A program made the position numbers and the translations under genes. The notes under the pieces were generated by a model that saw nothing but the letters and a program-made list of their open reading frames with translations, was not told the origin of the DNA and ran no database searches. Positions 1 through 11,649 of a stretch of 48,196 nucleotides of DNA are shown piece by piece. The stretch's first letter is position 1, and each line of letters begins with the position of its first letter. The stretch lies in contig JALJEE010001140.1 in NCBI GenBank assembly GCA_023231475.1, forward strand, positions 1-48,196, given 5' to 3'. Origin of the DNA: Seison nebaliae. Lineage: Eukaryota.

Positions 1-35
1 AAAATACGCAAAATTTAACGTTAAATTTTTTTCTT

Positions 36-150
36 GGGTGACGAAATCACCGAAATACTCTAAAAGGGGTGACGAAATCACCATTTTATGGGTGACGAAA
101 CCACCGGTTTTCACTTAAAAATTATAGGGTGACGAAATCACCGTGTACCG
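36..150. repeat. Array of four 16-nt palindromic repeats GGGTGACGAAA(T/C)CACC, probably the subterminal array of a DNA transposon cut by the window edge
   Basis: Copies at 36-51, 67-82, 90-105 and 127-142 with unrelated 15, 7 and 21 nt spacers. Each copy folds as GGTGA-cgaaa-TCACC (one mismatch in copy 3). The array ends at ...CCGTGTACCG (150), then plain AT-rich DNA. Confidence 0.8.
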
Positions 151-1818
151 TAGAAACATATGGAGATTAATAATTCATTTAGGAGAATTCATTTAATCAT
201 CTCTCAAAATGAACCAGCTAATTATTCATAAATTTGAACATACAATCTCTTATTAATCATTATCTCCATAGTAAAGGAAACATGATTTAAAATCATTGAT
301 TTTTTGGGTAACAAATGAGAGACAATTATGTTTGTTGAAACTTTATTTTTTACAATTCGTCTTTCAGCCAATTAAAGTCTGCCCAAATATTTATTAATAA
401 TAAATTAAACTATAATAAATAATTATAAAATTAGAGAATGATTAAAATTTCAAATATGTAATTCCATTTAATGAAATTCATATGAGTGAATTAAGTTTAT
501 TTATAAATTAGGTGATTCACAATGATTGTCAGTGGACATACGTTAACACATAGTATACTATATTCTACAAGAATTTTTAGTGAAATTATTAAAAATGACT
601 TACTTTATATATTATTTATATATTGATTTATATCTCTATTATCTCTCTCTATTTAGTTTTCTGTTTTATATTTTGACATTTTCTCGTTTCGTTGGAAACA
701 CAATTTCCTTGAACAATAATAACAATAATTACGTTCGAAATTGTTTTGAAAGTTTATAAACTTATTTTTAGACCAAAAATATTTTGTTTTTGAGATATTC
801 AAATAAACTTTTACCTTTGTAAATTTTTAGAGTAGTGTAATTTGTAAAACTAGTTGTATATTGGTATTTAATATTATAATTTGTTGATCTATATAAATAT
901 ACATATATACATATGTTAGATACATAACTAAAAATTAACTGTAAATGGTTTTATTTGCATACCTATAGGAATGTAATTCTAACCAAGTTTAGTTTGGAAA
1001 GTAATTAATCCGTTTGAAAAGTAATTAAAGTAATTATGATCAGATAAATGATTCAGTTATACATAATTATGATGAATCTTGACCATTTCTACATGTTATG
1101 TTATTAATGTTATTAATTATGTATTGTTGTTAGAATTTAAGATTATTAACTTTAACTATTATTAATATTCTCCATTTCTATTGAATATTATGAAACAAAA
1201 AGAAAATGGAAAAGACGTTCCAACCAAACAAGTCATTACTTCTAATTGTTTATCGGATTATTTTTCCGTAAAATTTTCACGAAAAAAAATAAAAATCTCG
1301 AAAATTAATCATGAACAACTTATACATCTGTATAACTATTTGATCATCTGATCGATGTATGGTAGAGAGAAAAAGTTGAGGATTTCTCTATTTGTTACAA
1401 ACGATATTTTATCCGTTAGCCGATATTTCATTTCTTACAGATGAAAAGGTTATTTTTTAAAATTTTTATAAATTCATAAGAAAATGAAAATTAATAATTT
1501 TAGATTAAAAATAAAATAAAAAAGAGATAAGTTAAAAGACGGTATTGTTTGACAGATGGTGTTGCGAAGTAAAACTCGTTAGCCAAATTGAAAATAAAAG
1601 TGGGGATGAAAATAAAATATGGTAAATCTTTCCTCCAACTTATAATGGAAATAATATGAGACATAATTAAATTAAGGATCTGGAATAGAAAAGAGTCGAA
1701 AATAAAACGAATAAAATTAAAAAAAAAGGAGAGACAATAAAAAATAGGGTTCACGTTGAACTATTCTCAGATATTTGTTTTTCATTTTCATTTGACTTAA
1801 AAAAAAATGGGTTTTTTC

Positions 1819-4800
1819 TCATCGTTTGTGATTCATGTTTCCTCCAGATGATGATTCTCTTTCTAATGGAATAACTTTCGGCTCATTGGCACATTGATTT
1901 GATATCATTGTTCTAGTATCGCATGGTGGTGATTCGGCACTCATTCCACGATCGATTCCGAATTGATCATTCGATAATGATTGACGATGATCAATATCGC
2001 CATATTGATCGGTCATTGGAGGGAATTTCCCGTAAGAATCTGACGGAATATAATCATCTTTATAAGAATTATGTGGATTCTTATTATATTCTCGATATAT
2101 TGATGATTGATGTGATGATGATACTCCACCAGAAATTATTGGTTGTTGAGAAGGACCGTCCATAAATGTGGAGGGATTGTGCGGATTATAGAAACGATTA
2201 ATTCGATGAGGTTGATTATACATCATTCGATTATTGTTGTGATTATTGAGAGGATTATTATTCATCATTTTGTTGTTATCGGAAACGGTCGGACGATATG
2301 GTTGATTAGGACGATGTGATGACAAACGATAATTGGGACGTGATGGCATATTATAAGGATCGTTATACTGATTAGTCGGCATATATGACATTGATGGTTG
2401 TTGTCCAATGAAATGTGAACGTTGTTGTGAAGATTTTGGTTGTTGAAATTTCTGAGAGGAAGATGAAACTAATTGTGATTGTTGTTGTGGTGGACGATGA
2501 AGAGAATCCTTCTTTTTTGGAATGAGAAACTCTTTCCTCATATTGTGATTATCTGATTTGTTTAATAAACAATTTGTTGTAATTTTCGAATCTCGTTTCG
2601 AGTCTTTTATTCGATTCAAATTGTTACAACTACTCGGAATGGGATTCATCGGTCTCTTCTTCTTAGAGAGTCGTTGTTTATCTTGATGCATCATCTTTCC
2701 ATCTTTTTTCAATTTACTCATATTATCAAAACTTCTCTTACCATGTTCGACGAGTGATGATGAATTATATGAATGGTCAATGACTCGATTGATAGGAGGT
2801 GAACTGATTAATGGAATAGATGGTCTATTTCTTTCTACATTATCCACTTTTGGAGGTGGATCCTTTTGATGATTATGTTTGATCACTTCCTCCAAACACT
2901 GTGAGATGTCGTCGATGGATAAATCATCAATATCAACATCATTCAATTCCTGAACATTAATACCTTCTTCTTTCGTCGAATTTTTTGTTGTCACTTCAGT
3001 TTTGTTAGATTCGTTCGATTTTATCGGTGGATAACTGAAATTATCAATTCGAATATTTTCATTAATCTCTTGAATAATATTTTGTTTCACATTCGTCAAA
3101 TGATAAGATGATGACGATTCAACATTTGTCGATAATGTTGAATTATTTCCCGTTAGAAGAATTGGAGAATTGTCTCTCGTTTTCATTTGGGAAGTGGATG
3201 GAGGTGATAATAATTTAATGACTTCAATATCCATATCTTCATTTTCTTTCTTCCTCTCTTCCGGACTATTAACTTTCGACTGGTTTCTTGATGAACTTTG
3301 TCTCCTACTAATTTCATTCGATTGAGATTTCATCGTTGTATTCGGAGTATAAATGAAAAAACTTTTAACGTCATTTTTTCGCACGTCATTCAAACCACAA
3401 CGATTTATATTGAAATTCTTCAAATTAACAGGTGGCAAACGATCTTTGGAAATCATCTTCCTCCAATTAATAAACTCTCCACCAGTTCCCATTTTAACTT
3501 TTTCCTGAAACTGATAATAATTTTGTGGCTGCCGATTATTTGGTTGATAAATGTTACCCTGTCGATTGGGATTCTCAATCGACAATGGTTTCTCATTCAA
3601 AGTCTCATCTTTCCCTCCGCAATTATCCGTTCTGACTGGTGCACTTAACGGGTAAGATGTCTTTATCATCATTCTTCGTCTCTTAATCATATTCCCGGAT
3701 TTCTGATCTCCTAATCCAATTATATCATTCGGTTGAATGGAGAATCGACGTATATTATCTCCATTCTTTATATCTCCCTTTACATTCACATGAATCATTT
3801 TTGATTCATCTAAACATTTCACTTCTTCCTTTCCTCTCAATAATTTTTCTTCAATTTTTTCTTCAATTTTATTCTCTGATTTTTCTTCAATTTTATTTTC
3901 TGATTTTTCTTCGATTTCATTTTGGGAATTTTCTTCGATTTCATTTTGGGAATTTTCTTCGATTTCATTTTGGGAATTTTCTTCAATTTCATTTTTGGAA
4001 TTTTCTTCAATTTCATTTTTGGAATTTTTGGAATTTTCTTCAATTTCATTTTTGGAATTTTTGGAATTTTCTTCAATTTCATTTTTGGAATTTTTGGAAT
4101 TTTCTTCAATTTCATTTTTGGAATTTTCTTCAATTTCATTTTTGGAATTTTCTTCAATTTCATTGTTGGAATTTTCTTCATTTGTTTCTTTTGAGCTTTC
4201 TTCAAATTTCTTTTCTGAATTTTCCTCAATTGTTTCCTTCGATATTTCTATTGATGTTTCACTTACAACCTTTTCCACATTTCGATGAGCGGATTTTTCG
4301 ATTTTCTCATCTTCCTTCGGTCCATTAATCCCAATTTCCACAATTGATAATGCTTCTTCTTGTTCTTCTATCATTTCTTCCGATCGAAGATCTTCTTTAA
4401 ATGAAACTTCATCGATTTTTTGATAAAGTTCTTCCGTTAAGTCTTTCGACAAATTTTCAGACATAGAAATATCTTTGAATGAATTGTTAGACATGGAAAT
4501 ATCTTTCTTCATTTTCATCTCCCTCTTCAATCGGATTCTCTTCTGAAGACATTGAAAATTGGATGTTAAATTTTGATGGAAATCCAAAACATTCGACATT
4601 AATTTCTTCGAATCTTTCTCCTCGAACAACCAATTCTCTTGTTCATCATTCGAATTGAATAACTCTTTAAATGATTTAATCATTTGTCGATAATTTTTCT
4701 TATCCTCCGATAATACAATATTCACATCCTTATTCTGTTTAAATGATGTACATTTTGTGATTAATTCATTTTTAAATGATTGCAATCCCATCTCTAATTT

Positions 4801-7800
4801 CTCCTTCTCTTTTTTCATGGTCGTCTTTAATTCGTCGTTGATGGAAGAATGTGATGGAATAATAGACAAATCTTTCCCAATTGAATGGTCATAACAGAAG
4901 TTCTTATAATATATCGTCTGATAATTGTGGAACCAGCGATATGAGAGATTCATATCTAATGAGATTTTTGAGAAAATGTTTAAAAAATATAAATTATCAT
5001 TTCCAGTGGGATAGCGTCGTAGATTGTCGATGGAAATGAATTGTAAATTTGTAATTTTCGAAATTAAAAGTGAGAGATGTTGATCTTGATAGAATTCACT
5101 TAATATTTCTTTGATCATCTCATGCAATTGTTCTCGAATTGAATTCATATTTCTCAAACTTTCATTATTCCAATTTTTCTGATGATTTTTCTTTGGGAAT
5201 TGTCTCATTGCGAATGATTTCCTTCTGAAACAATTCTTCAAAATTGAATTTCGCGTAATTCCTTCAAAAATGATATTTCCTGTCTCATTTTCAATGAGTT
5301 GACATTCCCCATACCAAATAGATTCGAATGATAAATGAAGATCGATAATACATCGACAATTGTATTTGGTGAGAAATCGAAATTGAATATGATCTAGAGA
5401 AATGAATCGACAAATGATTTGTGTGACGATATGATCGAATGGAACGGAAGTGAATGAATGAAAATCATATGTCATTGGAATGTTCAATCGAAATAATTCC
5501 ATAAATAAATTATTCGTAGCCATTTGTCGTTTGAGAAGGAAGAGAATGAAAATTAAATGAAATGGATTAGCCACTGCAATCTCATTAATTTCCATCGATT
5601 GAAAATAAAAATTCTTTTTAAATGAAACATTTTTGTCAATTCTCTTCTTTAATTTTCTTTCATTCCATTCCATTCGCCAACGATCAAATAATCTGTCGTT
5701 TTTCATCTTTAAATCTTTTCTTTTTATTCTCTTTCTTCTTTTATCATCAATTGATATAAAACGATAATTATTTTGTGATTTTTTCAAATTCTCTTCAAAT
5801 ATCGATCGATTTCCTCTTTTCATTTCCTTCAAACAATTCTTAAGTTCTTTCCAAGAAGTTGACGATTCTATTAACTTCTTCTCCATTTCTCCATCTGCTA
5901 AAATTGATGTGGAATTGGTTGTTGATAACATGAAAGTTTCGAGGAATTTGAATAAAGTACGAATTGGAAATGGTTCTTTTTCATTAATCAATATCTGCTC
6001 GTCAAAAAGAATATCATCAAAATTCCATTGTTGTAAAATAGACAATGGATGAGAATTATCAGATTCATAAGGTGATTCATTCAATTTATTAATAATCTGA
6101 AAGAAAATTTTATTTGTAAAGTGAAAATTTTGAAAATTTTGAACGGTCAAAAATTGTCGTTCGTTTATGAATTTGTCTCTGAAGAATTGTCTCATTCGAC
6201 CAAAATAAGAAATGGGGGTAATGTCACCAATTAATGGAATTCCTTTAAAAATAAAAATTTATTAGAAATTATATAGAATAAACACCTGTCAATCGTTTCA
6301 ACATGATTCCATAATCATAAAATAAAATAATCGGTTTGGTGAGTTGCAAGAAAACGGTTTGATTTCCGTTCGATTTCCATCCGTCATTCATCGTCAGCCA
6401 ACTAAGACTTTAAAATTTGAATATGTTGAAAAAGAAGAAAATATTTTGAAATTAACTATTTTGATGTTGAAAGAGAATTTGAAGTGAATTCTTTCCCTGA
6501 TTGAATTGAATTGACAAATTCTTCCAATTTCTCTCCAGATAATTCATTCCAAATGGAATTTTTATAAACATCTGGAACATTCTCCATTTTCGTTGTAACG
6601 TCGTGTCGAATTCGAAGGATAGCTCTCTCACCAAACGAATTGAACGATCTCATCAATGATTCGATGGAAAGATGAGAATTTGATGATTCTGTGAAATGAT
6701 AAAATTATGAAAAATCGTATGATGGAAATATGAACTTTCTTGAATATTTTTCAAATGAATTCGCTCTTGAGCATTTAATGAAATGAGAAAACTGGATGGG
6801 AATGCTGATTGGAATGAACATGAGAAATCATCAAAATTAAATTTAAATGGAACCACAGAGTCGTGGAATTATCAAGCCAAAAGGTGATTTTTCCATTATC
6901 TCGATAACATTTTCCAATGTATAGGTTTGTGGTTGATAAGTTTGAGAGGATGAATTAGATTTAATCATGTTGTTAAATGGAAGAAGAGAATGGTTTATTT
7001 CCGTTAATTCTCCCATTAAATGAGAGAGAAGATTTTCTAGGAACAAAAATTTCATCGGCAAATCCGAATAAGTTTGTTGATTTCTGAAAGATAAATTTGA
7101 ATGATGAAGAGAATGAGAAGAAAAGGAACTTGAAATTCTTTTCATTGAATTCATCCATCAAATGTAATTGGAACAATATTTGTTGATTATTTCCTCGTCT
7201 AAATTTGGAAGAAGAAATTTTGATGATTATTGAGAAAATAAAGAAGGAAAAAAAATGAACGATAATAATTGATTGAAATATTGAGAATGAAATGAATGAA
7301 TTGGTCCGAATTGGATATTGACACCTCTCTCGTAATCATAGAATGATAAAGAGAAAGGAAATCCAGATAATTTAAGGAAATTCTCTTCCTTACATCGTTC
7401 GACTCGCCAATTCTTATGAGAGACGTTTGATAAGATCATTTTCCAATCAATGTGAATTGGTTGAAATGAATTCAATGAGAATAAATGGTCAGCGAGGAGA
7501 TTGATGGAGATGGTGGCGATATCATCATCTGATTTAATGATGGAATTCATGAATGATTTTGAGGGAATGACTGATGAGGATGATGATATTCGATGATATG
7601 AAGAATGATATTTATATCTCCGATATTGATCATCTGTTAAATGATTAATTTTCATCGATTTGAATTGAAGAGAATCCATTCGATCAATTTCCATTTTCCG
7701 TTTTTTATCATCATTATCATCATTCTCATTATCTGACCGTTCAAATGATTCGAGACATGACTCTTCTAATTTGATTTTTAATTTCATCTCTTCTGACATG

Positions 7801-8252
7801 TGGAAATCTTTCAATAATTTCGGAGGTGTTTCTTTCTGATGTTCAACAGAAATAGATGAAACACTTCCTGAAGTTGATGTTGATATTGAAATATTATTAT
7901 TATTATTATTGTTGTTGTTGTTGTTATTATGAGAATTATCGTGAGAAGAATTATGTTGAGAATTATTCGTCATATTCACACCTGATAATGATGGTTGTGG
8001 AGGAATTGATGTTGTTGTTATTGACATTTTATTGATGATGGTTTTTGGACGTAGATCCTTCATCGGTTTTACCATTTGATTACATGGTTGTGGTACGACG
8101 GTTAGATTGTAATCGCTACCGATTGGAATCATCGGTACCATTTGTCGATGACGATACACAGCTGGATGGAGAGGTGGTATTGGAGGATGGAATTTGTTGG
8201 GTGGCAAAGGATTAAATTTCATGGGGACAAAAGAAAATCCTTCCATGGTCAT
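1819..8252 (-). CDS. MED1: Divergent Mediator subunit 1-like protein, 7 exons, about 2045 aa
   Basis: Exons 8252-7261, 7198-7130, 7083-6854, 6804-6736, 6688-6457, 6407-6286, 6242-1819 join in frame (6138 nt) and link six ORF-track fragments. Three motifs resemble the MED1 N-terminal domain in the right order: PFGLIIPR, VFLQLTKPII...LKRLTGIPL (spans the exon 6/7 junction) and EIAVANPFHLIFILFLLKRQMATNNL. A long S/N/Q/P-rich disordered C-terminus follows. Confidence 0.6.
3881..4180 (-). repeat. Coding minisatellite (24/33-nt units) encoding (NEIEENSK/Q)n within the MED1-like gene
   Basis: + strand unit TTTTCTTCAATTTCATTTTTGGAA repeated about 10 times; three copies carry an extra TTTTTGGAA; all unit lengths are multiples of 3. 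Confidence 0.95.
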
Positions 8253-8497
8253 TAATTCTTTTTTTTTTGGAAATATCTCTCGATTTCAATTTAATTGTTC
8301 ATCGATTCGATGAAGAAGTTAAATGCGATAGAAAAATTAGGAAAACATTAATTAATAAAAATAATAAATTTGAGATAAGCTCAAAATAAAAAAAGAATCT
8401 TCCAATTCATTTAATGATGGAAAATGGTTTGAAGGTGAAAAAAGTGCATAAATGAAAACCGAATAAATGAAAGCGAATTGAAACAATTTCATTATTT

Positions 8498-8511
8498 GTT
8501 GTCATGGAAAC
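8498..8511. promoter_or_regulatory. Candidate RFX X-box
   Basis: GTTGTC-AT-GGAAAC, 18 nt upstream of the MAP10-like ATG; fits the imperfect X-box palindrome GTTNYY-AT-RGNAAC. Confidence 0.5.
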
Positions 8512-8529
8512 CAATTCGGTTTAACTGGA

Positions 8530-10767
8530 ATGGCTAATTTATCCAAAGCGCTCTTTACTTTCGACGTGTTCGTTCGATATATTCAATTGGAACAACGACA
8601 ACGTATCCGTCGTCCCATTGTCATTTATAAGTTCCTCGATTATACACCACTTCGCATCAACTACTTGTCAGAAAGTAATGGTGAAACGGCCATATCAACT
8701 GATACAATCGTCTCACCCAATCAACCGTCCAATCAAGTTATTTATTTCAATGAAGGGAAATCTTCTGCTTTTTATGATGATTTTAATTGCATCACTAAAC
8801 GATCGGAAGTACTTCCATTATATATTCTCGTTAGTGAATCATATGATGAAGCATCATTAGTCACTTACGCAACCACCAACATTAACATCTCAACCTTGTT
8901 CGATAGCATCCGCCAACGTGTCTATTTGACAAATAGCACGTCAAGTCCCGTTGTCGCGGTCTATCCTCCATCGGTCATTGTTCTCTATAATTTAATGGGG
9001 AAAGAAGTTGGTACGATATCCATGTCTCTAAGACTCGTTTATTTCGGAATGGAGTTCCTTAACGAAGTTCAATGGTTGAATGATAATGATGGTAGCGGTG
9101 ACGGTATTGCGATTAAATCATCCATACGATCATCAAGATATCCAATTGATAATGGTCATTCTCATCGAATGTCACGAAGAGATTCCGTATATTTATCACG
9201 AAATGATAATCCATATCATTATGATTCGACCTCCCATCAAATGAACAAATCTTTAATGATTGACGCTTCAACTCAGATATCTGATTGTTCTAAAAATAAA
9301 CATGGTCGTTTTGATGAGCCACAACCATCTTCCCAATACCATGATAATGGTAATTGGATGCGTAATAAAATTAGACGATATGATGATCAATTTTTAGAAA
9401 GTAATGAAATTCCAGTAGATAATCTTCGGAAAACATCGAATATTTATCAACCACGACCAATCATTATCGGGAATGAAATACATCAAAATCACAACAACAA
9501 TAATCAAACGGTTAGTTTCTTGTCTGAAAAGCGAAGTAAACCAGCAGATTCATTCGATGACGGTCATACGAAAAAGAGCAAGTTACCTAAACGGGAAACG
9601 GAGTCCATTTTAGCTGAATTTGCCAAACTTCGATTAGGAAGTGCTACGAACATTCGTCGTAATGGTCGATCGATTGAGCGGAAGAATCGCAGAATGATAA
9701 ATAATTCGCGAGATAACGAATTTCATGGACGTGCAATAAGAACTGGTTTTCGCAATACATCTAGGCCATTGACAGCCAAACAATTACGAGAAGTTACTGA
9801 TCGACTAAGTATGACTCATGACGAAAGACGACGGCACGAAAAACATCATTCTTCCCATTCGAAATGTTACGAGGAAACGATGGTCACTAAAGATTGTTGT
9901 TCTAACGATATTTTGTATACGATTAAATTGCAGAAATGGCGGCAAAAAATTATTAAGAAATTAAACGCAACGGACAATATACACGAACTTCTCGGCTTAT
10001 CATATCGAACAAATCGAACACATATTCTTCGCTTATTTTTGCGCGAACCAATTTTAGCTCTACGATATTTTAATATTACTCCTCCTTTCGTTTTACCTCC
10101 AAATAATTTAAAACGATCAAAATCATTCCATACAATTATATCGGGAAAAGAGACGATCGAACCGGAGAAACCACCACCTCGGAAATACTTTTCACCTACT
10201 CCTTTAGATAAACAACAAGGTGTTAATAGTATTCAACCATTTGTTGAACGTATGAACTCACCACCAAAACCGATGCAACGCAGTCCGACACGTCTGGAAA
10301 TAACTGACATTAGTCCATTTGCTTCCAAACGATTGGTATCGGATATGACATCATCATCGCCGATGAAGAAATCACTACGATCAACCACCGAAGAAAGTGA
10401 TACGAGTTATGAAGATTATTCCGAATCAACGACACTCAGCAAAACGGTACAAACGTCGATTGATTTAAATTTGGAGAGTCAGAGACTTTACAACAAGAAA
10501 CCATCAGAGGCCACTTTACGATATATGGAGAAGAGTCTTGGTAATACCATTTCTTATAATGGACGGTCGAAAAAGTTAGTTAAACGTCGAAGTACTCAAC
10601 GGAATATCGTAAGTTCTGATGATAGTTCAGATTGGGATTCGGATTGGGATAACGATAAAGAAATGAATTCGGGAGTAGCAACTCCTAAAGGTAAATCATC
10701 ATCGTCTGAAAGTTCATCACAGCTCTTCGATCCGACCAGTTCTATGTCGACCGAATATGATTTATAA
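8530..10767 (+). CDS. MAP10: Microtubule-associated protein 10-like, single exon, 745 aa
   Basis: N-terminal motifs LFTFDVFVRYI, YKFLDYTPL, FNEGKSSAF, PLYILV and LYNLMGKEVGTISMSLRLVYFG parallel the MAP10 N-terminal domain (LFSLELLV, FRLLDFPTL, FGRGKSCLF, LHNRVGERTGDIALAYRLTDLG); the rest is low complexity. Confidence 0.65.
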   Translation: MANLSKALFTFDVFVRYIQLEQRQRIRRPIVIYKFLDYTPLRINYLSESNGETAISTDTIVSPNQPSNQVIYFNEGKSSAFYDDFNCITKRSEVLPLYILVSESYDEASLVTYATTNINISTLFDSIRQRVYLTNSTSSPVVAVYPPSVIVLYNLMGKEVGTISMSLRLVYFGMEFLNEVQWLNDNDGSGDGIAIKSSIRSSRYPIDNGHSHRMSRRDSVYLSRNDNPYHYDSTSHQMNKSLMIDASTQISDCSKNKHGRFDEPQPSSQYHDNGNWMRNKIRRYDDQFLESNEIPVDNLRKTSNIYQPRPIIIGNEIHQNHNNNNQTVSFLSEKRSKPADSFDDGHTKKSKLPKRETESILAEFAKLRLGSATNIRRNGRSIERKNRRMINNSRDNEFHGRAIRTGFRNTSRPLTAKQLREVTDRLSMTHDERRRHEKHHSSHSKCYEETMVTKDCCSNDILYTIKLQKWRQKIIKKLNATDNIHELLGLSYRTNRTHILRLFLREPILALRYFNITPPFVLPPNNLKRSKSFHTIISGKETIEPEKPPPRKYFSPTPLDKQQGVNSIQPFVERMNSPPKPMQRSPTRLEITDISPFASKRLVSDMTSSSPMKKSLRSTTEESDTSYEDYSESTTLSKTVQTSIDLNLESQRLYNKKPSEATLRYMEKSLGNTISYNGRSKKLVKRRSTQRNIVSSDDSSDWDSDWDNDKEMNSGVATPKGKSSSSESSSQLFDPTSSMSTEYDL

Positions 10768-11649
10768 GCATATTCTAAACGAAATTGAATTTTTCTAATG
10801 AATTTCCAGTTTACAACTTTTTTGAAAGAAAAAACGTTCAATGATAGATTTAGCTCTTCCAAATTCTTCCAAAAGCGAAAACTTTCTAGATATTTAAACT
10901 CGTATCATTTGAACTAATAAAATTATTCTTATTAATCGTATGAACATAAAAACATGAAATTTTCAAACATAGAAGTTCTATATTGTTCATTTTTCATCAT
11001 CTTTTATTCTTTCCGTTAATCAAATCGCTTTATTATTCGTTTTAAGTCATACAAACATTAAAAGTCTGACATGATTGGAATTAGTGCAAGGCCTAATCGC
11101 AAAATTAACGATATGAATTAATCATAAATTTCAAAGAAATTTAACCTTACTGAAATTTGAGAATGTGACAATTTCAGACGAATAAAAGTGAAGAACAAAT
11201 TATCATGGAAGCAACATAATTGGTCGTCAAATAAATAAATTAAATTCATATTAAATTAAATTGTTAGTTTTCTCTTGTGATGAATATTTAAAATTTGCTA
11301 ATTTGGATTAAGTAATTTATTGTCTATTGTGGAAGGTTTGAGAATCTGTATAATCATCATATTATGGAAATTTTATGGAATCAATTCAATTGTCAGAGAT
11401 GAAAAGATATTATTAAATTTTATTTAAAAAATAAATTTTGTTAGATAATTTGTTAGAAGATGAAAAAGATGAAGAGTTGGAAGATGAATTGGAGATGTTT
11501 AGATTGGAATGAGAATGAGAAGAATGAAATTGAGTAGAGTGAAATGGAGGATGATAAGGAAGTGATAGAGTAGGAGAGGTGTGACATGAAAGAATAAAAT
11601 GAATAGAATTTAGTTAGGAATGAATTGATAGCCGAATGAGAAATTTGGA

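Noticed and set aside
36..150. CRISPR array
   Set aside because: Repeat only 16 nt, spacers 7-21 nt and unequal, no cas genes, eukaryotic intron-containing context.
1500..1754. 84-aa F/I/L-rich ORF
   Set aside because: Non-ATG start, composition simply reflects T-rich DNA downstream of the MED1-like stop.
3801..4328. Four overlapping repetitive ORFs in other frames (3801-4328, 3837-4229, 3922-4194, 3995-4288)
   Set aside because: By-products of the stop-poor 24/33-nt coding minisatellite.
11445..11516. Exon-like acidic stretch NLLEDEKDEELEDELEMFRLE* after a TTAG
   Set aside because: No upstream exon could be joined; probably purine-rich leader sequence of VPS53.
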